Of a stretch of DNA of 64,000 nucleotides, positions 43,792 to 54,067 are shown in pieces. The stretch spans positions 5,152,001 through 5,216,000 of the forward strand of contig OZ250169.1 of NCBI GenBank assembly GCA_965237955.1, written 5' to 3'. A program made the translations under genes and the position numbers. Each line of letters opens with the position of its first letter. The first letter of the stretch is position 1. The notes below the pieces were generated by a model. That model searched no databases. It saw only the letters and a program-made list of their open reading frames with translations, and was not told the origin of the DNA. The stretch is from Candidatus Marinacidobacterales bacterium (GTDB lineage Bacteria > Acidobacteriota > Vicinamibacteria > Marinacidobacterales > SMYC01).

Positions 43792-44384
43792 CTCGCGTAA
43801 CGTGTTGAAACGAACCATGATCGCCGCGATGAGCGACATCCAATTGTCAAGAAGGGTGACGGTCGGGTATGGGCGAGCTCATGGTGGCGTTCCTGTTCTG
43901 CCTGCCGTTTCAACGAGTTGTACCCACGCTTCGGTTGGAAGGGCTACGTGTAAGAGCTTCCGACACCACGCCGACGTCGAGGCTTCCTGTGTTCTCTCGG
44001 ATGGCACGCTCGGGCGAGAGTCGTCTCTCTACCCGGAGGCCTACGTCCGCATCCCGCTCGGTGAGCAAGTTCGGCTTGCGGATCGCCGTGACCGCGCGCA
44101 CACCCGAAGGCGCGCTACCGCAGGTGATGACCGTGGCGATGAACGGCGACGTTCTCACGTCAGCGAGCCTGACGACCAGCTTCAAGGAGATACGCTTCGT
44201 GACCCCGAAAAAAGAGGCTCGTCGCCGCGCACGTGGAGCGGATTCAACTTCCTTGAGACTTCGCGCGATCAGACCCTAATCCCTGCTAGCACGCCCAAAA
44301 GGATAGCCGCGGCTGTCGATTTGCAGGGTCACCGTTCTCTAGGTTAGTATATAGTCAGTTCCTTTTGACCATGAGCGTGTAAAC

Positions 44385-44624
44385 ATGACCACTCGCAACA
44401 AAACGATTAGCGCCAGCGATTTCAAAGCTCGATGCGGTCAAGTGATCGCTGACGTCGCAGAGGGCCGAGGTCCTGTCGTGATTACGAAGCGCGGGCGGCC
44501 CACCGCTAAGTTGGTGCCGGCGGACGGGGAGCGCAAATCGCTCTTCGGCTTCGCACGGGGCTGCATTACGATTCGCGGCGATATCGTGGAGCCCATCGAC
44601 GTCGAGTGGGATGCGGCTCGTTGA
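44385..44624 (+). CDS. Phd/YefM family antitoxin
   Basis: ISASDFKARC, PVVITKRGRPTAKLVP. Confidence 0.92.
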   Translation: MTTRNKTISASDFKARCGQVIADVAEGRGPVVITKRGRPTAKLVPADGERKSLFGFARGCITIRGDIVEPIDVEWDAAR

Positions 44625-45024
44625 GGCCGACACCCATATTCTCATCTGGCTCGCCGAAGGCACCGCCGAGCTGGAGTCTTCATCGGTCGCGCGCTTGGAG
44701 GATGTCACACGAGCCGACGGGTTAGCGGTTTCGGCGATCTCGTTTTGGGAGGTCGCAATGCTTCAGGAGCGGCAGCGGATCAACCTTTCTCTTCCCGTTC
44801 GCCGTTGGCGAGAAATCGTCCTCGAGACTTCCGGCTTCATCGAAGCTCCTCTCACGGGGGAGATCGCGATCGAATCCGTAAATCTCCCTGGCACGTTCCA
44901 TCACGATCCGGCGGACCGCATGCTCGTTGCCACTGCGCGCTTGAATGGATGGGCGATCGCGACGCGAGATGACCGTATCCTGTCCTACGGGAATGCGGGC
45001 AACGTAGACGTTTTGCACGTGTAG
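44611..45024 (+). CDS. vapC: VapC PIN-domain toxin
   Basis: DTHILIW, SAISFWE, HHDPADRMLVA, TRD; overlaps the antitoxin. Confidence 0.92.
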   Translation: MRLVEADTHILIWLAEGTAELESSSVARLEDVTRADGLAVSAISFWEVAMLQERQRINLSLPVRRWREIVLETSGFIEAPLTGEIAIESVNLPGTFHHDPADRMLVATARLNGWAIATRDDRILSYGNAGNVDVLHV

Positions 45025-45093
45025 CCTTTCTCCGCTGCAGCCTTCTCATTCTCGGAAGATGCAATACATCCGGCGATCGGGACCGGAGTAGGT

Positions 45094-45834
45094 TCAGAAA
45101 GAGATCCGCCGCATGACGAAGCGCGGCAGGTTCCGTATCACCACCATGACGTAGCGCCAGATTCCGGGCGTGTACACGATCGGCGTCCCACGCTCGATCG
45201 CCTTCAAGATGTCCTTGGCGACTTCTTCGGGCTCACCCGCGAACGGCGGCGGGTCGAGCCCGGCGGTCATCCCCGTTTTCACGAACCCCGGTTTCACGCA
45301 GATGGTTTTGAGCCCTTGCGCGCGGAACTTGTGGTCGAGCCCTTCGAGGTAGGCGGAGAGTCCCGCTTTGCTCGCGCCATAAATGATGACGGGTTTTCGT
45401 CCTCGCTCGCCTGCTACCGAGGACAGGACACAGAGTGTGCCCCCGCCGGAGCTCATGAGCCGTTTGCGTGCGTCCTCGCAGAACGAGACCGTGTTCGCGA
45501 AGTTCACGGTGACGACCTCGCGCGCAAGCGCAGTGTCGGCTTCGAGCTCCTCTTCGGTCGCGAACAGTGCGGCGGTCACGACGACGGTGTCGAGCCCGCC
45601 GAGCTTTTCCGAGGCGCTATCCAGTGCGGCTGCGAAACCCTCGGGGTGGAGCAAATCGCATTCGGCAACTGTGACTTTTTGATCGCTTCCCGCACGCACC
45701 TCCATGTCGCGTGCGGACGCGTCGAGAGCTTCGACGTTGCGACCGAGCAGGCAAATCGTGTGACCACGCTCGGCGAGAAGCCGCCCGAGCGCGCGTCCGA
45801 TACCTTTCGTGCCCCCGAGAAGAACGACCTTCAA
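45094..45834 (-). CDS. SDR oxidoreductase, DprE2-like
   Basis: GGTKGIG, SSVAGERGR, YGASK, KPGFVKT; TTGA overlap with the upstream gene. Confidence 0.88.
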   Translation of the reverse strand: MKVVLLGGTKGIGRALGRLLAERGHTICLLGRNVEALDASARDMEVRAGSDQKVTVAECDLLHPEGFAAALDSASEKLGGLDTVVVTAALFATEEELEADTALAREVVTVNFANTVSFCEDARKRLMSSGGGTLCVLSSVAGERGRKPVIIYGASKAGLSAYLEGLDHKFRAQGLKTICVKPGFVKTGMTAGLDPPPFAGEPEEVAKDILKAIERGTPIVYTPGIWRYVMVVIRNLPRFVMRRISF

Positions 45835-47138
45835 CTCGGATCTCCGAGAACTCGAACCGACTGCGCGCTCCGTATCCGAAGCTCCGGGTCCCAACGCTTG
45901 CGCACTTCCATCCACTGATCGAGACGAGGCTCCATCGCGCGGAAATGCTCGGCGCGGGTGAAGGCGTCCTTGGCGAGATAGATTCGACCGCCGTCCGCGA
46001 GAACGGCTTCGTTCAAGTGATCCACCAGTGTTTGGGTGTTCTCGTCGACGGCGAGATCGAGAGCGAGGGAGATTCCGGGGAGCGGAAACGACAGCATGCC
46101 CTGGCCCTCGCCGGCGCAGTCTTTGACGACGCACAAAAACGCGGCGCCGCGATGCTTTTGGAGCAGAGCGAGAAACGGTGCGGCGCCGTCCGCTTTCGAG
46201 AGCACGCATTGGTATTGGATGAATCCCCGACGACCGTAGATGCGATTCCAGTGGAGCACCTTGTCGAGCGGATAGAAGAACTCCTCGGGGTTGATCACGC
46301 CTTTGGCATTTCCGCGGGTGTAGTACGTCAACGCGTTGAACGCGCGCATGGACCAGCGGTTCAGAAACCAGTTGGGAAGCTCGAACGGTACAGAAAATTG
46401 TCGGGGTGGTGACGGCGGGTGCGGTGGCGCTTCGTCCTTCTCGGCCCATCGGCCTCGGTTGAGGATGCCGCGCCCGTTGCCCAGACAGTCGAGCCACCCG
46501 ACGGTGAATGGCCAATCCGCCGCGGAATCCTCGAGGGCCGCGACGAGTGCGTCGATGTCGCGACAGCGAAGCCGTTGCTCATAGATCCAGGGTGATGGAA
46601 TCGATCGCATCCCGAACTCGACTTCGAGAATATGACCGGTGAGACCCATGCCGCCGACCGTCGCCCAGAAGAGCTCGGGCTCGTGCGAAGGCGAGCACTC
46701 GACAATGCGGCCGTCGGCGACGCGCAGCACGAGCGATGTCACATGGGCGCCGAACGTTCCTTCGACGTGATGGTTCTTTCCATGAACATCCGCTGCCACC
46801 ATGCCGCCCAACGTGACGAATTTGGTGCCCGGCGTGACCGGCGGAAACCAACGTCTGGGAAGGAAAATACGATTCAACTCGTGGAGCGATAGTCCGGCTT
46901 CGGCGCGCAGCACGCCCGTCGTTTCGTCGAAAGCGAGGATGCGATCGGCGAGCGTCGTGGTTGCGACCTCGAGATGGCTCGGGGGAGGCAGCGCTGAGTC
47001 ACCGTAGGAACGCCCGAGCCCCCGTGAGAGGACGGCGCCGCGGCTCAGCGCGCGGAGGTCTTCGGAGAAGACTTCCTTGCCTGGTTTCGGGAGGCGCCCC
47101 CAACCGGAAAGCATGGGCGTTTTGTGGGGCATTTCCAT
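45831..47138 (-). CDS. FAD-binding oxidoreductase, DprE1-like
   Basis: RGLGRSYGD, PVTPGTKFVTLGG, DVHGKNHH, GGRIYLAKD. Confidence 0.92.
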   Translation of the reverse strand: MEMPHKTPMLSGWGRLPKPGKEVFSEDLRALSRGAVLSRGLGRSYGDSALPPPSHLEVATTTLADRILAFDETTGVLRAEAGLSLHELNRIFLPRRWFPPVTPGTKFVTLGGMVAADVHGKNHHVEGTFGAHVTSLVLRVADGRIVECSPSHEPELFWATVGGMGLTGHILEVEFGMRSIPSPWIYEQRLRCRDIDALVAALEDSAADWPFTVGWLDCLGNGRGILNRGRWAEKDEAPPHPPSPPRQFSVPFELPNWFLNRWSMRAFNALTYYTRGNAKGVINPEEFFYPLDKVLHWNRIYGRRGFIQYQCVLSKADGAAPFLALLQKHRGAAFLCVVKDCAGEGQGMLSFPLPGISLALDLAVDENTQTLVDHLNEAVLADGGRIYLAKDAFTRAEHFRAMEPRLDQWMEVRKRWDPELRIRSAQSVRVLGDPS

Positions 47139-47205
47139 TGGCGTTTAGTTTAGTCCAGCTATCCGCTATCAGCTATCCGCTTGGTTTCTTGCCTTCGGGA
47201 GGGTC

Positions 47206-48135
47206 GTGCTGGTACGCTCCCCGGTCGTGTTTCTTCGGGCGTTGGTATTCTCTGTATTAATAATGATGGTTGTCATGACGGGTTCGGTGGATGCGCAGGG
47301 ATCCCGGGTCAACAAGATCGTGGCTCTTCTCGAGGCGGGGAAACCTGTTTTCGGTATTTTTTCCGGGCCCAAAACCCCGGAGAGCGCCATGGCGATCGCG
47401 GTGACGGATGCGGATTTCGTCTTCTACTCCATGGAACGGGGTCCGTTCGACGTGCCCGGGATGCAGGTCTACATGCAGTTCATGATGGACCGCAAGAGCC
47501 TTGCCGCAAGTGGCTTCAACGAACAGCCCATCCTGACGCGGATTCCGCCAATCCGTGATGGAAAGGTCGAAGCGCAAGACCGGACAAAAAGACTCCTCGA
47601 TGCCGGCGTCTACGGGGTCGTGTTCCCACACGTCGAGACCGCGGAGGACGCGGCTTGGGCGGTTCGATCGATGCGTTATCGTCCCCAAGGCGCGCGCCCG
47701 CCCGAGGCGGGCGTCGCTGCGCGCTATTGGGGTTTGACCGACGAAGACTACGAGCGCCGCGCGGACCTCTGGCCTGTCAATCCCGCCGGCGAGCTCGTCA
47801 GTTTCATGCTGATCGAGAATCAAACCGGGATCGACAACGTGCGGGAGATTGTTTCGACCGAAGGCGTTAGTATGGTGTCGCCGGGGCCGGGGGACCTTCG
47901 GCGGGTGTACGATGGTGACATGGTGGCGGTCGAGAGGGCGATCCAAGCGGTGCTCGCCGCGTGCAAGGAGTTCGACGTCCCGTGTGGTGTCACCGCCGGG
48001 CCGGACGACGTCGAAAAGCGGCTCGACGAAGGATTCCGCGTCATCATCGCGACCGCGCCCGAGGCCATTGCCATCGGACGCCGCGCGTCCGGTCGCGTGG
48101 CGACAACGGGTCGCCACGCGAAGCGACAGCCCTGA
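47206..48135 (+). CDS. HpcH/HpaI aldolase family protein, possibly exported
   Basis: LDAGVYGVVFPHV, MLIEN, GPGDL; start uncertain. Confidence 0.85.
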   Translation: MLVRSPVVFLRALVFSVLIMMVVMTGSVDAQGSRVNKIVALLEAGKPVFGIFSGPKTPESAMAIAVTDADFVFYSMERGPFDVPGMQVYMQFMMDRKSLAASGFNEQPILTRIPPIRDGKVEAQDRTKRLLDAGVYGVVFPHVETAEDAAWAVRSMRYRPQGARPPEAGVAARYWGLTDEDYERRADLWPVNPAGELVSFMLIENQTGIDNVREIVSTEGVSMVSPGPGDLRRVYDGDMVAVERAIQAVLAACKEFDVPCGVTAGPDDVEKRLDEGFRVIIATAPEAIAIGRRASGRVATTGRHAKRQP

Positions 48136-48220
48136 GCCGCGCGGAGCCGCTTGTCGGGCGGAGCGCAGAGCTCGTTTGAGCGGAAGTCCGACGAGCTCTA
48201 ATGAAGAAAAGAGGATTTCA

Positions 48221-49573
48221 ATGGCAACGTCACAAGTTCAATCGAAGGCCGAGCTCCTCGCTCGGGATCAAGCGCATCTGATCCACTCGCTTCACAGTCC
48301 GGCGGTCCATGAAAAAGGACACGTATGGGCGCGCGGCGACGGCGCACGCATCTACGACGTAGACGGCAAGGAGTACATCGACGGCCTTTCCGGGCTCTGG
48401 AACGTTTTCGCGGGGCACGGACGGAAGGAGCTGGCTCGAGCGGCGGCCCAGCAAATGGAGACCCTCGGCTACTGCTCCGGATATTCCGGAAGCACGAACG
48501 TCCACGCCATCGACCTCGCCGAGCGTTTGTCCGAGTGGGCGTACCCGAAGATCAATCATTTCTTTTTCACGTCCGGCGGCGGCGAGTCGAGCGAGTCGAG
48601 CTTCAAGACCGCGCGCTACTACTGGAAGCTGAAAGGCAAACCGGATAAGACGAAAGTCATTGGGCTTGGGTGGGGCTATCACGGCGTGACGCTCGCGGCG
48701 ATGAGTGCCACCGGGATGTCTGTCTACTGGCCGATGTTCGAGCCGCGGGTTCCCGGGTTCATCCACATACCATCGCCTTACCCGTACCGCTACCAGGCAC
48801 CGGACGGCGTCAGCCAAGGTGTCGCCGCGGCGAACGAGCTCGAGAAGGCGATCCTCGCCGAAGGACCCGACACCGTCGCGATGTTCCTCGCCGAGCCGGT
48901 CCAAGGCGCGGGCGGTGTCATCGTGCCGCAAGACGACTACTTCGCTCGCGTGCGAGAGATCTGCGATCAGTACGACGTGCTCCTGGTGACGGACGAAGTC
49001 ATCACCGGCTTCGGTCGCACTGGAAAGAAGTTCGGTCTCGAGCACTGGGGCGTCGAGCCCGACATGATTCAGTTCGCCAAAGGCGTGACTTCGGGCTATT
49101 TTCCGCTCGGTGGCATCGGCATCAGCGACGAGATTGCCGACGTGCTCAACCAGAGCGATCCGGTGTGGATGCACGCCTACACTTACAGCTCGCACCCGGT
49201 CGGCTGCCGCGTCGCTTCCGCTAACCTCGAGATCATCGAGCGCGAAGGCCTCGTCGCGCAGGCGGGCGAGAAGGGGAAGCGACTTCTCGAGGGGCTCGAC
49301 AAGGCTCTTTCCGGACATCCGCATGTAGGCGACGTCCGCGGGCTCGGGCTCATGTGCGCCGTCGAGATCGTGGCCGACAAGGCGACCAAGGTAGAGTTTC
49401 CCGCTAGCGACAAGACTGGTCCTCGGGTTCATGCGGAAACGGAAAAACGCGGTTTGTTCTCGCGCGTACGAGGGGACGTCTACGTCCTCGCACCACCCGT
49501 CGTGATCACCGACGCGGAGATTGACCGGACCGTAGAGGTGCTTTCCGAATCTGTAACCGCGGTGCTAGGCTGA
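48221..49573 (+). CDS. Class III PLP aminotransferase
   Basis: YIDGLSGLW, GYHG, AEPVQGAGG, DEVITGFGRTG, AKGVTSGY. Confidence 0.95.
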   Translation: MATSQVQSKAELLARDQAHLIHSLHSPAVHEKGHVWARGDGARIYDVDGKEYIDGLSGLWNVFAGHGRKELARAAAQQMETLGYCSGYSGSTNVHAIDLAERLSEWAYPKINHFFFTSGGGESSESSFKTARYYWKLKGKPDKTKVIGLGWGYHGVTLAAMSATGMSVYWPMFEPRVPGFIHIPSPYPYRYQAPDGVSQGVAAANELEKAILAEGPDTVAMFLAEPVQGAGGVIVPQDDYFARVREICDQYDVLLVTDEVITGFGRTGKKFGLEHWGVEPDMIQFAKGVTSGYFPLGGIGISDEIADVLNQSDPVWMHAYTYSSHPVGCRVASANLEIIEREGLVAQAGEKGKRLLEGLDKALSGHPHVGDVRGLGLMCAVEIVADKATKVEFPASDKTGPRVHAETEKRGLFSRVRGDVYVLAPPVVITDAEIDRTVEVLSESVTAVLG

Positions 49574-49640
49574 AAATGCGTGCCTCGAGAGACTGTGCTA
49601 GTCTGATAGGACTACACCACACATGAGGAGCACACAAGGC

Positions 49641-49790
49641 ATGGAGCCCATCCGTGAAAAGGATGTCGAGCGGAGGCGTGACGCGGAGCCTGATCGTATT
49701 CGTCGCGTTTTGCGGGACATCGCCGCCGACGCGCGCGCGTTGAAGGACCGCTACCTCGACGACACGATTGTGCCCGAGGGCGGCGAGTAG
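49641..49790 (+). CDS. Candidate Pup-like small modifier, 49 aa, ending GGE (not in ORF track)
   Basis: MEPIREKDVERRRDAEPDRIRRVLRDIAADARALKDRYLDDTIVPEGGE*; RBS GAGGAG at 49625-49630; ends 29 nt before a PafA/Dop homologue. Confidence 0.82.
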   Translation: MEPIREKDVERRRDAEPDRIRRVLRDIAADARALKDRYLDDTIVPEGGE

Positions 49791-49819
49791 TCCTCGCCCC
49801 CAGGCATTGGAAGTGAGCG

Positions 49820-51493
49820 GTGCTGTTCTCTCGCCTGATGGGGCAAGAGACCGAGTACGCGATACGATTCTCTCCCAAGCTCGGCCATCCCGGTAACGAC
49901 CGTATCTACGGTTTTCTAGCCCAGGCCATCGGACGCCACGTTCGCACCGAGCCGGGCCTCTATCCGGGCCGCCCGCAGATCTTCATGCAAAACGGCGGCG
50001 GCTTTCACTATGAGTATCGGCCTCATCGTGTCGGTGATGGGCTCATCGAAGGCGCGACCCCCGAATGCCGTGGTCCGGGTCAGCTACTCTTGTATCAGAA
50101 AGCGCAAGAGGCGTTGCTCATGAAGGTCATCCCCGCGGCGGAGACGAGCCTTAGCGAGCAGGGTTTTCCCGGGAAGCTGGGCCTTCTCAAAAACTGCCGC
50201 GACGCGCAGGGAAATGTCTACGGCGCGCAGGAGAGTTTTCAAGTGAGCGTCGCGAGTGGGCTTTCGCTCGTGGCCTACCGTTTAGGATTGGCCGGCTTGC
50301 TGCCGCTCCTCGCGCTCACGGTTGTGCTCGGCTGGCTATTCATTTTCGTCGCACTCGTAGCACTCGCCTTGGCGGTCGCTGGTGGCGTCGTTGTCGCGTT
50401 GCCCCCGTTTCGCCGGCGTCGATGGCTCGAGCGTCTCATGGATTTCGAAGAGAAAAACGTCAAGAGCGCGCTCGGTCGTATGCGTGACGCGACGACGTGG
50501 CCGTTCTTCGCTGGCTTGTGGCTCGTTACGAAGCTGTTCGCATTCCGTAAGGTTCGGCGGACCGCCATGGCCTTTTTCGTTTCTCGCGCTGCCTTCTCGG
50601 GCGCCGGGAGTGTCGAGGCCCATGGTCGGTTCTCGCTCTCCGAGAAAGGTGCCGCGATCAACAGGATTCTGCGGCGTTCCATGAGTCCGTCTGAGCGGCC
50701 GATTTTCGATACCGGCAACCTCATGAGGCCGGCGTTCGCGGCCGCTCATTTTCATCTCGATCCCGTCGCGGGCCTGTTCGCGCGCAAGCAACGCTTGCAG
50801 CTCGGGCTTGCAGACTCGAGCATGCTCGAAGAGGCCGAGTTTCTCAAAATGGGCACGACCGCTCTCGTGATCGACATGGCGGAAGCGGGATTTCTCTCCG
50901 ATGCCCCTCGACCGCTCGACCCCGTTGCCGCGCTGCACACACTCGTGAGCGACCCCGCGCTCGAGGCAGTCGTGAACACGAACCAGGGCGAGCTGACCGC
51001 GCTCGCGCTCCAACGCTTCTACCTCGATAAGTCCAAAGCGTTCGTGACGGAGTCGAAAGCGACGTCACTCGAAGCGTCGGAGGTCGTCAACCTCTGGGAC
51101 GAAGTGCTGAGTGCGCTCGAGGAGCGCAAGATGGACAAGCTCGTCGGCCGCGTCGATTGGGTCACGAAACGGTATCTCCTCGAAGCGTGTGGCGACGAAG
51201 GTGATGCCGCGATGCTGAAAACGATCGACCTGCGCTACCACGAGCTCGGCGAAGGTTATGCAGAGCAGTTTGCCAAGACCGGGAACGTTCACCGCCTTCT
51301 CGCACCGTCGGAAGTCGAGCGCGCGATCGAGGAGCCGCCGGAAGGTACCCCAGCCTATACGCGCGGCCGCTTCATTCGGTCGCGGGCAGCCAACTTGACA
51401 CCGGTGCGCATCTCGTGGGACTCGGCTTTGATTGGCGGGCGCATCAAAGGGAAGATCATCCGGTTTCCCGATCGGGGCGGTCCGACAGAGTAG
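49820..51493 (+). CDS. Divergent PafA/Dop (Pup ligase/depupylase) family protein with a transmembrane insertion
   Basis: [67 protein letters not shown]. Confidence 0.9.
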   Translation: MLFSRLMGQETEYAIRFSPKLGHPGNDRIYGFLAQAIGRHVRTEPGLYPGRPQIFMQNGGGFHYEYRPHRVGDGLIEGATPECRGPGQLLLYQKAQEALLMKVIPAAETSLSEQGFPGKLGLLKNCRDAQGNVYGAQESFQVSVASGLSLVAYRLGLAGLLPLLALTVVLGWLFIFVALVALALAVAGGVVVALPPFRRRRWLERLMDFEEKNVKSALGRMRDATTWPFFAGLWLVTKLFAFRKVRRTAMAFFVSRAAFSGAGSVEAHGRFSLSEKGAAINRILRRSMSPSERPIFDTGNLMRPAFAAAHFHLDPVAGLFARKQRLQLGLADSSMLEEAEFLKMGTTALVIDMAEAGFLSDAPRPLDPVAALHTLVSDPALEAVVNTNQGELTALALQRFYLDKSKAFVTESKATSLEASEVVNLWDEVLSALEERKMDKLVGRVDWVTKRYLLEACGDEGDAAMLKTIDLRYHELGEGYAEQFAKTGNVHRLLAPSEVERAIEEPPEGTPAYTRGRFIRSRAANLTPVRISWDSALIGGRIKGKIIRFPDRGGPTE

Positions 51494-51506
51494 AATACGG
51501 GCACGC

Positions 51507-52589
51507 ATGGCAGGCAACAGTTTCGGTGAGCTTTTTCGGGTCACGACCGCGGGCGAAAGCCACGGACCAGGCTACGTCGTCATCATTGATGGCGTGCCGC
51601 CCGGTCTCGAGCTTGCAGAAAGCGACCTGACGCCCGACCTCGATCGCCGCCGTCCCGGTCAATCGAAGGTGACCACCCAGCGTCAAGAGGCCGACATACC
51701 CGTGATTCTGTCCGGCGTTTTCGAAGGCAAGACCACCGGCACATCCATTGCTATCTCCATCCAAAACCGCGACCAGCGTCCGAAGGACTACTCGGAGGTC
51801 AAGGAAAAGTATCGACCCGGCCATGCCGACTACACCTTCGACGCCAAGTACGGCACGCGAGATTACCGGGGCGGGGGACGCTCGAGCGCGCGTGAGACTT
51901 CGGTTCGCGTCGCTGCGGGGGCGGTGGCGAAGAAACTTCTACGGGAGCGCTACGGCGTCGCCGTTGTGGGCTTCGTGAAACAGATCGGCGACATCGTTGC
52001 CGACGTCCGTGAGCCCGAGAGCGTGACGCTCGAGGACGTCGAAGCCAACATCGTTCGCTGCCCCGACACAAAAGCGGCCGAGCGCATGATCGAGCTCATC
52101 GAGACGGTGCGCAAGGACAGTGATTCGATCGGCGGAGTCGCGGAGATCGTCGCCACCGGTGTTCCTCCGGGATGGGGCGAGCCCGTCTTCGACAAGCTCA
52201 AAGCCGACCTCGGCAAAGCGATGCTGAGTCTGCCAGCGGTGCTCGGCGTCGAGTACGGCGCCGGCTTCGGTGTCGCCACGATGAAAGGAAGCGAAGCCAA
52301 CGACGTCTTCACCAAAGACGGCGATCGCATCGTAACGCGGACGAATCGGCATGGCGGCATGCTCGGAGGCATTTCTTCAGGAATGCCTATCGTCGTGCGG
52401 TGCGCCGTCAAACCGACGAGTAGTCTTCCTAGAGAGCAAGAGACGGTGACGCGCGGCGGCGACCCTACGACAATCGCGACGAAAGGTCGCCACGACCCGT
52501 GCCTGCTCCCACGATTCGTCCCCATGGCCGAAGCGATGATGGCGATCACGCTCGCCGACCACGCCCTGAGGCAGAAAGCGCAGCGGTAG
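51507..52589 (+). CDS. aroC: Chorismate synthase
   Basis: [33 protein letters not shown]. Confidence 0.98.
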   Translation: MAGNSFGELFRVTTAGESHGPGYVVIIDGVPPGLELAESDLTPDLDRRRPGQSKVTTQRQEADIPVILSGVFEGKTTGTSIAISIQNRDQRPKDYSEVKEKYRPGHADYTFDAKYGTRDYRGGGRSSARETSVRVAAGAVAKKLLRERYGVAVVGFVKQIGDIVADVREPESVTLEDVEANIVRCPDTKAAERMIELIETVRKDSDSIGGVAEIVATGVPPGWGEPVFDKLKADLGKAMLSLPAVLGVEYGAGFGVATMKGSEANDVFTKDGDRIVTRTNRHGGMLGGISSGMPIVVRCAVKPTSSLPREQETVTRGGDPTTIATKGRHDPCLLPRFVPMAEAMMAITLADHALRQKAQR

Positions 52590-52912
52590 CAGGTTCCCCC
52601 GAGGGCTCCACGCGAACGATGTGACGTGGCCACGGTTGTGTCACCGTGGTGACATAGCAAAGCAGCTCACGCTCCGCGGACTACTCGATTACGTCGCCGA
52701 GCGTCTGGCGGGACTCAGTGAATCTCCACCGACAACTGAGAAAATGTTGGCTGTACGTTGGGTGCGCCAGCATTGGGCTCACTTGGACTGAAGGTCCTCC
52801 TGCCCTTTCTGTGGATCCCGATTAGGCGCGCAGGCCATCGCGCCTCCAGCAGACCACGGTGCTCACCGGCGTCAAAGCTGCCCTCGCTTCGCTCGACCGC
52901 TGCGCCGGCCTT

Positions 52913-52944
52913 GACTCCTTATTCTGACGTCAGAATAAGGAGTC
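52913..52944. repeat. Perfect 32-bp palindrome
   Basis: GACTCCTTATTCTGAC|GTCAGAATAAGGAGTC. Confidence 0.9.
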
Positions 52945-53052
52945 TTATTCTCCCCTTGCGATTATGCAGACCTTGTACGTAGAGAGCGCCGCCCGGTATG
53001 TGCACAACCTGCCATGGAGACGAGGTCGCGATTTAGCCCGAGCTGCAAGAGC

Positions 53053-53861
53053 TCATCGCCGAGTCCCACCCGGACGACGAGGCGACCGGTTTCGAAGTCG
53101 ACGACCTCCGAGGCTGGATGTGGGCCGAAGTGCCTCGCGAGCAATAACCTCTCCCCGCTTGGGCCGCTTGGGCCGCTTGGGGAAGACTCCTGGGAACGAC
53201 TCTCTGTCTAGACGGAGTTGAAGTGTCGGTTGCGGTTCACGCACGCGGTCCGCTGAGCGACGGTAGCGGTCCATCTTGTCTTTGCCGAAGTCCAGCTCAG
53301 CCATGTAACCGTTATGCGTTTTGCAAGCGAGCCGAATATTTTCAGCGCTTCGATCGCCGCCGACGCCATAGGGCTCGTCGTGGTGGAACTCCACTCCCTC
53401 GCGCGCCGGGCAGCGCCTGCCGTCTTTGGTCTCATACGTGCATTGACCGCCGTCACGCTCCCATACGAAGCGTCTCACCGGGGCGGAGATGCCCCGCGCA
53501 CACCGGGCGACGTGTCGGCTTCTTCGAGACTCTTTCTCGTGTTTTTCGTCTTACCGAAACGCTTGGCTTCCAGCCGTTCGAGTTTCTCGCTCACGGCAGC
53601 TTCCATAACCGAAGCGAGGTCTACGCCAGGCATGAGCGCGGAGAGCCGCTCGATTTTGTCACGAAACTCGGCGCTCGCCGTGAACTGAACTTTATAACGC
53701 GCGGGGGCCAGCGGCTCGACGACCGCCAGCTTCTCAGGTGCTTTCGGAGCAGGAGCTGGCGGAGGGGCCTGACAATTCTCTCCGACGCTGTCTGGACCGG
53801 CTCCGTCTGAACGAGGCTCGGATTTAGACGCTCTGAGTTGGCGCCTGTCGGGTGTAAACAC
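53053..53861 (-). pseudogene. HNH endonuclease-domain protein; 5'-truncated, frameshift near 53490
   Basis: PLAPARYKVQFTAS; RRFVWERDGGQC, EFHH..P...GG, NIRLACKTHN. Confidence 0.82.
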
Positions 53862-53995
53862 TTCGAGAGACTTTCGAATTCATTTCGAGCGAAACGATGC
53901 GCTTGTCGTTTCTTCAGCGCGTGCTCAGTGGCATTACAGATCGTGTCTGCGATTTTTGTCGAGTGGCTTCGAAAAGGCTGTCAAGCAAAAAGTGG

Positions 53996-54045
53996 GTCCG
54001 GACCGGGTACATTGGTAACAAAACAGACCGGCGACATGGGTGACA
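53996..54045 (-). mobile_element. Isolated IS-end remnant, IS481-like
   Basis: Tandem imperfect repeats GACCGGGTACATTGGTAACA / GACCGGCGACATGGGTGACA, reading TGTCACCCATGTCGCCGGTC on the minus strand. Confidence 0.55.
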
Positions 54046-54067
54046 ATGTGGACAACAGGAGGTCGAT

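Noticed and set aside
43869-44279. Possible degraded gene between the PEP-CTERM gene and the TA pair
   Set aside because: Protein-like patches in different frames, but no family could be assigned.
38913-47180. Short heptamer tandems (CAGCATT near 38913-38936; CAGCTAT/CCGCTAT near 47156-47180)
   Set aside because: Only three or four units in intergenic DNA; no evidence of function.
49623-49640. Alternative upstream ATG for the Pup-like ORF (55 aa)
   Set aside because: In frame, but the GAGGAG RBS fits ATG 49641 better; the GGE terminus is unaffected.
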